From contig JBHGNT010000020.1 in assembly GCA_043228905.1 (NCBI GenBank), forward strand, positions 13,888,001 to 13,952,000: a stretch of DNA of 64,000 nt, read 5' to 3'. A program made the position numbers and the translations under genes. Shown here one piece after another: positions 56,000-64,000 of this stretch; within the stretch, counting starts at the first letter, position 1; every line of letters starts with the position of its first letter. The notes under the pieces were generated by a model. That model was not told the DNA's origin, did not search any database, and worked only from the letters and a program-made list of their open reading frames with translations. Source of the DNA: Azolla caroliniana. Lineage: Eukaryota > Plantae > Polypodiophyta.

Positions 56000-58773
56000 T
56001 CATCGGCATGATGGCAGCGTGACACCATGACAAGCAACAGCAAACACAATATATATTATAATAAGAACAAGAAGGATTAATACAAGCCTGCAAGAAAAAT
56101 AGTAATTTAGCATTAGATGTGAACACTAGCGAAATCTAAAAATAAATAAAACAAGATATATTTGAACTTACACTAGTCTACAATTCCTCCACCACATTGT
56201 ACTACGAAATTCTCGTGCTTGTTTACGAAACTTAAATGCCTTGTTCTGAATACCAGCAGTTTTATCCACTAGCACCTCCAACCTCTCTCCTCGTTCCAAT
56301 ACTTTGTCTATGTTGTCAATCATGACATTTCGTACCTATATACATAGCAGATTATCCAATTGATTTTTGTGGGAATTAACAGAATCCATCATTTGATCAA
56401 CACATAGGTAAATGATAAGAGCCACAAAGATGAAGCACCAGTGTTGACTTGACCTTTTAGAGATCTGAACCTTTTTGTACAAACTGTAGGCAGATGATCA
56501 ACGTCTAGTTTGTTTGCATCTTATTTTTGAGGTTTACTCTATGCATCCTTCCAGTTAAGAAATTTACCAGACAATTATAAATGGAAACCATGAAACACAT
56601 TTGCAAAGGAAATAAAGAATAAATAATGGCATTTTCAGGAGCATGGGTTCATCTATTTGCACAAAATGATTTATGATTTAATCAATGGTCCCATGTTTAA
56701 TAATCCAATTTTTTTCACAATCCATCTCTCCTCTAACAATGAATCTCTTTTTGATCCACTTATTCTATCCTACCAACAAATCTATAGCTACCCTAACTAT
56801 GAGTCTCTTATTAATCCACTTATTCTATCCTAACCCCTTAATTAATCTCCTCTTAATCCAGATATCCTATCTAAACCCTTTCATTAATCCACTTATTCTA
56901 TCATAATACCTACATTAGTTTCTTCTTGATCCACTTAATTGATTAATATTCCTCTTTTACATATTATCAGCACAGATCAAGTTACATACGAAATTACCAT
57001 ACACCTTGATACACTTTGAACAAGAAAATATTGAAGAAAGAAACTGCATACCTGACTAAGTTCACCTTTCATGCGGTTTATTTGGTCCGCACTTGCATCA
57101 TTTGAGTAGTACTCCATTTGCTGATTAAGTACTCTTGAAAATTCATCATTCATTGCATAAGCAAGAGCTGTTTGCGAAGTCCGACCATAAGCTTTCATGA
57201 ATTTGGAATGAATGTCTTCCAAGAATGCAAAAGGTATGCGCCCTACAGATAGCAAGAGAGGGACGTTCAAATATGGTTATCAATATTCATCGTGCTCTAT
57301 AGCAGGGTATCATATGATGCTTATAACAGACGGAAATGGATTTATAGTAATTTCTCATATTGCATCATATTTACTGATGTACTATCTGGAATGAGTAATG
57401 TTAGAAAGCTATTGTCATACCTATAGTTCGCCATGGCTCTGGTTTGATTTTATTAACAGCAGATGTGCAGAATAACACAATATGATCACATCTGACGTTT
57501 ACAGTTGTGACTATGGTTTGATGAAAACTTATAATCTTTTGGCGTGAACTTTGCTGTCTGGGATCAAAACCACACTTAACACTCAAGGACTGAGGTTGAA
57601 ATTGTGATTGCTTAACTCAAACAGACGATGTTGAACTAAAAAGAAGGATTTATCCAGAAACAGATCTGCTAAGTACTTTAAAACATATGCGATCATAAGT
57701 TTTATTACAAGAAAAAACATCAATTTATCAGCATGCTGTAAATGACATAAACTAACATGTGTCAACGCGCTTGGACTGCAAAAATATATTATTTGATTTG
57801 GAAATGTTTTTCAAAGAACTGCCTAATTAGGGCTTAAGGATTAAGTGCCTGAAATATTCTGGTTTTGCACTTCCATTGGGAATATCTAGAAAATACGAAT
57901 ATCCATGGTGAACTATCTTTACCTGAGAAGCAAATGAGCTTGTCTTGGTTTTGAGCAATGATTGAGAACGCATTGTTTTATATTAACTATTAGAAAGATA
58001 GTGATGAACATTATAGTTCAAAATTCAGAACATACATTTGTGTTCCTGGTTAGGATTACACAAGCGTATAGTTAACAGTCTCTCTCGATGTGAAAGGACA
58101 ATAAAATATCCTGGTTTAGCAAGGAATGAGAATGTCCAGTTTTACATAGAATGTTGAATACGGTAGAGAAAAGGGTCACTTGAAAGACGGTAAACAAAAC
58201 CATTGTTTTACATCACATGGTTATTAACAGCATTAAAGAAAGCTGTGATCCTAACAACAGCAAAGACATCTTCGGCTTGAAAGACAGTCTTCAGCCTAAG
58301 ATGTCGTCCAAATGAACCCTAAGTTACAACCAATACTGTTGTAAAGGAAAGTAAAATTCTATGGTTTTTAGCAAGGGATGAATGCTTGATTGTATCCCAG
58401 ATGTTCAAAAGACAGCACAAAATATTTGTAGTTGGAAAGACAGAAATCAGATTTGGGGTATGATGAAAGTAAATAAATGAATACAGTAAAAAAAACTGCA
58501 GCTTGAAATAATTCTTCGGTCCATACTTTTGAGAGGGTGAGGGTGTGGAGACTTACTGCCAAATGTGTCGTTTGCCATACACAGGAAAGTGATTCCTTCC
58601 GCCTTAGTAACATGAAAGATATAGCGATCTTGTGAGTATGAAACACGAGTATCTGCAGCGCTAGGCAATTTCTCAAGGATCTGTCGGGCTACAGCACTTG
58701 CGTTGGAAGAACCGGAGCTATACTCAGCCAAAACAACAGAGCCACGAGCCACCATAGCATAGAGTATAGACAT
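56000..58773 (-). CDS. Longin R-SNARE, VAMP71-type (VAMP714-like), 4 exons (58773-58557, 57242-57052, 56335-56172, 56087-56000), 219 aa
   Basis: MSILYAMVARGSVVLAE...YSQDRYIFH...ANDTFGRRIPFAFLEDI...AYAMNDEFSRVL...VMIDNIDKVLERGERLEVLVDKT...WWRN, then a C-terminal TM helix and ACHGVTLPSCR*. Confidence 0.95.
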
Positions 58774-61734
58774 CTTCTAATTTTTTATGACTTCCGAATT
58801 CTTCTTCTTTTTTTGAACGAAAGAAATGGAAGTAAGAGAATCTGAGGGAGGGAGGGAGGGAGAGAGAGCACACAAAACCAGAGAGACGAAGGCGAGGTCA
58901 AGACGTTGGAATCATGCCCGGATGGCGAGCCCGCAGGCGCCGATGATCAGATCATGAAAGATAAAGGGGAATGGAGTGGAGTGGAGGAGGGGGAGACGAA
59001 ACCCTAACCCTAACCCTAACCCTAATAGCAGGAGATACGGTTGCCTTGTTGTTATGTCTGTGTCAGCAATTAACAGGAAAGCGCACACAGGCTGGAAGGG
59101 AGAGCGAAGAAGAATCCATCGAGAAGCAAAAATTGAGTAGTTTTTATTTAATTTATTTGTAGGGACCATATTATTTTGAAGTTGTATATACATACATACA
59201 TATACATATATGTACAGATGTGTACATAGTACATACATATGCATATAATGATATATATATATGTACTTATACACATATGTATCTATGTATAATGTATGTA
59301 TGTATACATATATACCTGCAGTCTGCAGATAGTGAGGAGAGATAGATAGATAGATATATTGATAGATAGATTATATTATCGTCTTCGAGGGGAGAGAGAG
59401 AGAGGCTATGGAGGCACATGGTGGTGTTATGGACACCGGACATATTGCAAGCTCTATGTTTACATGTGTTTGTGTGTCTTGAAACGATGCTCTTATTGTA
59501 AGCATGAACTCACTTCGAGTTTGATGTTCTCGTTGTCTCGCTTTTGTATAATGTGCATGCACAAACCATGACGCAATTGTCCTTGTTGTAAATAAATAGA
59601 CAGGTAAGTGGACATTTGAATTCATCGAACGTTAAGGAATAGAGATATGGATGACAACATAGATGTGGATAAACCGAGGATGGGAAGAAGAGAGAGAGAG
59701 AGAGAGAGACTATATGAAGAAGTTGAAAAGGCATTCTTAAGTGGAATTTCCGGATGTTAGAGCATGTGGGGATCATTTCCCTAAGTGCATATTCACGTTT
59801 TCTTGTGGCTTTAGAGGACATTCCTCTCCCTACATAGATAGGATAGGTAGATAGAAGAGATTAAGAAGTGTTGTAACAAGTGGAATCGACATACAATTAA
59901 TATAATTGTGTGCTTTTACCAAAGAGAGAGAGAGAGAAATAAATAAATATTAACTTCTTCTAAGACCAAAATTGGCCCATGAGACAATTGGTTTACAATA
60001 AAAAATGGGGCATTTACCCATTCATCGAAAGTAAAAAATAAAAAATAAAAAATAAAAATAGAACTTAAGCCAAAGAGTTATAGGGGGGAAAAAAAGCATG
60101 TTCTATAAGGAAACGACTTTATACTAGGCCTAGTTTCATTTCCATCCAAGTCTCTCAAAAAGAAGCAGGAGGTCAAAGGGTTTCGATGTGGAGGTGGCAT
60201 GTGGTCCCAATGGAAAAGATAATGCAACCATAGTTGCTAGGCGGCGTAGCTCAAGTTCCTTTATCTTCTTCATTTTTCTACTTCGCGTCGAGTTGCTTTG
60301 AAGCCTGACATCTGAGGGCATTTGGTTGTTCTTTCCATTTCTGCTTCATGAAGAGAGAGGCTGAGTGGTGTATGTGTGTCCACATTTATCGTCTCCCCTT
60401 GTTCTTGAAATTTTATATTAGTTACATGTTGGTGAATATGAAATATGAAAATGATTATGGTTAACATTTTGTAGTTTGTCCTCCCTGTGTTGTTTTAGCT
60501 CTAAGATATACCTACCTAATCTCTTTATATCCGGGGTGTCTAATAGTTCGGAGAGGGTGGGAGAGGGTCCTAGTATGTCTTGGTATTACATGATACAAGG
60601 AGGGCTAAGAAGGTACTAACATGGCATTCGTTGAGGGTACCAATGCTTGGTCAGGTCAATAGATAACATGCATAGAACGTGGGGAAAAAGCAACAACATA
60701 GAGGAAGGTGATGATATGCTAGAAAGTTCATAGGTGAGTCAGGTCACGTTGTGTGTGTCGTTTTATATTGCAATGTTATTCTATAGGTGCAGTTTGTTTT
60801 TACATTGGGTTCACATTGTTTTTGTTGTTCCATGCATGCGAGGAGAATAAAATGTTGTTACATTCTAAACAAAAAGGAAAACTTTCCTATTAGTTTTGTA
60901 TTGAATAATTTTTTTTGGTTTAAATTAGAAATTTATATTTTTAGACTAGAACGGAATAGTAAAACCTCTGTTATACAAGTTAACTTTACTAGCCTTATAG
61001 GGTTGTCGTGTTGTTTGATAGAAAATCATTTAACTACTTAAATAGCTACAAGTGCCTATATGCAAACCTAATCCACTATTGATCATTTGCTCTCTTGCAA
61101 TCAATTTGGGATATAACATGGTGATGCGGAATCTTGAGAAAAGAGGGCGGTTATGTCAAAGCAATTGATTCGACAGAGAGAAGATAGGGATACCTCATAT
61201 AGTCAATGAAATGCGAGGATACAAAATATGATGTCAACGAGATATTACTTTTTGAAACAAGAGAGAGACAAGTGGCTGAAATTGTTGAATATAGGTAGCA
61301 ACAAAACATATATTACTGTCGAATATGCCCGATTTGTGTCAAAACATTGCCCAATTCTAAATAAGGTTAATTAAGTGCTTCCATTTTAAGCATGGCAACC
61401 GACCACTCTTTCAAACAGGACACCATCTACAACTCAAACAATCCTCCACATTTATTAGATTAATTTACATATACGATAAAATCCACAAGAAAACATGTAA
61501 ATGCAAAATTTCATCATTCCTTATAGAAAAAACATTATTTTTTGAATGGGAAAATGCAAATATGTGAATCATACGAGACACATCGTGTAACCAAAAAGCG
61601 TAGGGCCATGGTTTAGAAAACATCACATCAATGCAACCCTTTTTCCTTTTAAGCATGTTCTTGTTATGCAATTGTGTTCATAAGGGTGACTGTTGCCTTG
61701 AGAGTGATATTGGGTGACCAATAAGATTGTGTGT

Positions 61735-61765
<31 letters not shown>

Positions 61766-62243
61766 GTTTGAATATATTTCATGCATGGGAGTAAATGCGA
61801 ACAAAAATACACGCATGCCCAATGCCCATCATACATGAGGCTGAGGCGAATCAACATTTTCCTAATTGGACATGGTACAATACGTTTGTTTCAAACTAGA
61901 ACTAGTCACTTCTAACCTTCTATTTCTCTTCAAGTTCCACTAATTTATACCTCGATTCTATTAGTACGAAAACCATCTAGACCCGTAAGTTTGATGAATA
62001 TAGAGTCCGTTTCATCGCAAGCGCATACATTCATGAGAAAAGGCCAACCCTCCTCATGGACGAGAGAGGTAGATCAGGAAGCAATGTACAAATTGATAGT
62101 GTGTGTTCTTGTCCAAGGGATGCATTTGTTCTTGTAGAGTTAAAACGAAGCGAGTATGCAGAAGGCCTTAGGACGAACCAACAATAATAACTTGTAGATA
62201 TAAATAATATGAGACAAGGTCCAATGAAAGGAAAATAAAATAA

Positions 62244-63002
<759 letters not shown>

Positions 63003-63041
63003 AATAAAGTTCCTACTTTGAAGCCTTGGCTTATTGAAATT

Positions 63042-63057
63042 GGTGTATTTTTACACC
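63042..63057 (+). promoter_or_regulatory. Histone 3' stem-loop of H3 copy 4: GGTGTA-TTTT-TACACC followed by ACCAT
   Basis: 6 bp stem and 4 nt loop, 39 nt after the stop codon. Confidence 0.88.
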
Positions 63058-64000
63058 ACCATTTCTCCCTGATGATTGGTTGCTTCTGATTCTCTAAATG
63101 ATGTATTGTGACTAAAATGATCATTGATGGCGTGAGTGGAATCCTGATTGGAGATCCTTTAGCTTCAAGCCAATAACCAGGGATGTAGTTTTCTGTGATT
63201 TTATATTTCGAGCTCTAAATTAGTTTTACCCTCTTTGTCTCTTACTATTCTCAACTGGCGACTTAGTTCTTAGTTTTGTCTCCCCATTGCCTCTGTGGTT
63301 CATGTCTGTCTTATTGAGCGATAATAGTTTTTGTTTTATATTATTTTTGTGTGTTTTCGGTTCTTCTATAGAGAATTCATGAATATGGGTTACACCTATA
63401 TTAAACTTTTGATATAATCTAAAGCATTTGGGTTACACTAGGCATTGGCATCTCCATTTATCTTAGTCTTTGATTTTAGCCGCATGGGTTGAGCTAACAT
63501 GAGAAGTCATGTGAATTTCTTGAAATCGAATTACTTGAATTGTACGAGAAGCTTTTAATATTGTACCTAGGGCTTCATCAACTCAATAACACAATGTTAC
63601 TACCAGCAAGTGGTTGCCATACTGTTAACATGAGGAATTTTTATTGTTATTGTTCACAACTGGCTTTACTATTGTTGATGCATGAAGCTGTTTACTTCAC
63701 TGAATATTGAGATACGAATGTAGATAACTAAACAGGTTGATGTTTAGGAGATAAACATACATAACTGCAACCTTAATCAGAATTTAATAAGTTTGTTGGT
63801 GACTGCAGGGTCCAGTGACATTTCAGGTTTTATAATATCAATTGAACATATAAACCTCAAAGGAAAATGGATACCTCATTTGTGAAATTTGATGAAAAAA
63901 CATGGGGTTGAAAACTAAAATTTGGATGGTACACAAAATGGAGAAGAAAAATAAATGAATTTCTACACTACATAAATGAAATGCACAAGATAAGGTTTTG

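Noticed and set aside
63070-63089. Box C (TGATGA) followed by box D (CTGA) after H3 copy 4 as a snoRNA or K-loop
   Set aside because: Too short for a C/D snoRNA, and a matching box D is not conserved at this position in copies 1 and 2.

Overview
AT-rich, intron-containing land-plant nuclear DNA. It is probably a vascular non-seed plant such as a fern; this is an inference from H3 with F41/L90 and the repeat landscape. Genes in order: a 4-exon stem-loop binding protein (SLBP) homolog, a pectin methylesterase, a YEELL-type RING-H2 ligase, histone H3 copy 1, an AVT6-type amino acid transporter, LSM2, H3 copies 2 and 3, an ATL-type RING-H2, a decayed Ty1/copia element, a VAMP71-type R-SNARE and H3 copy 4. 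There are also Mutator-like MITEs and several tandem or dispersed repeats. Main result: three of the four intronless H3 genes carry a metazoan-style 3' histone stem-loop (GGTGTA-TYTN-TACACC-ACC) 39-51 nt after the stop codon, each followed at +12/+13 by a conserved TGAYGAT element, and the same window encodes an intact SLBP. This looks like a stem-loop/SLBP histone mRNA 3'-end system in a land plant, a group whose histone mRNAs are normally described as polyadenylated and stem-loop-less. H3 copy 3 lacks both the stem-loop and the CCAAT/octamer promoter module. All gene models and coordinates were read by eye; no searches were run.
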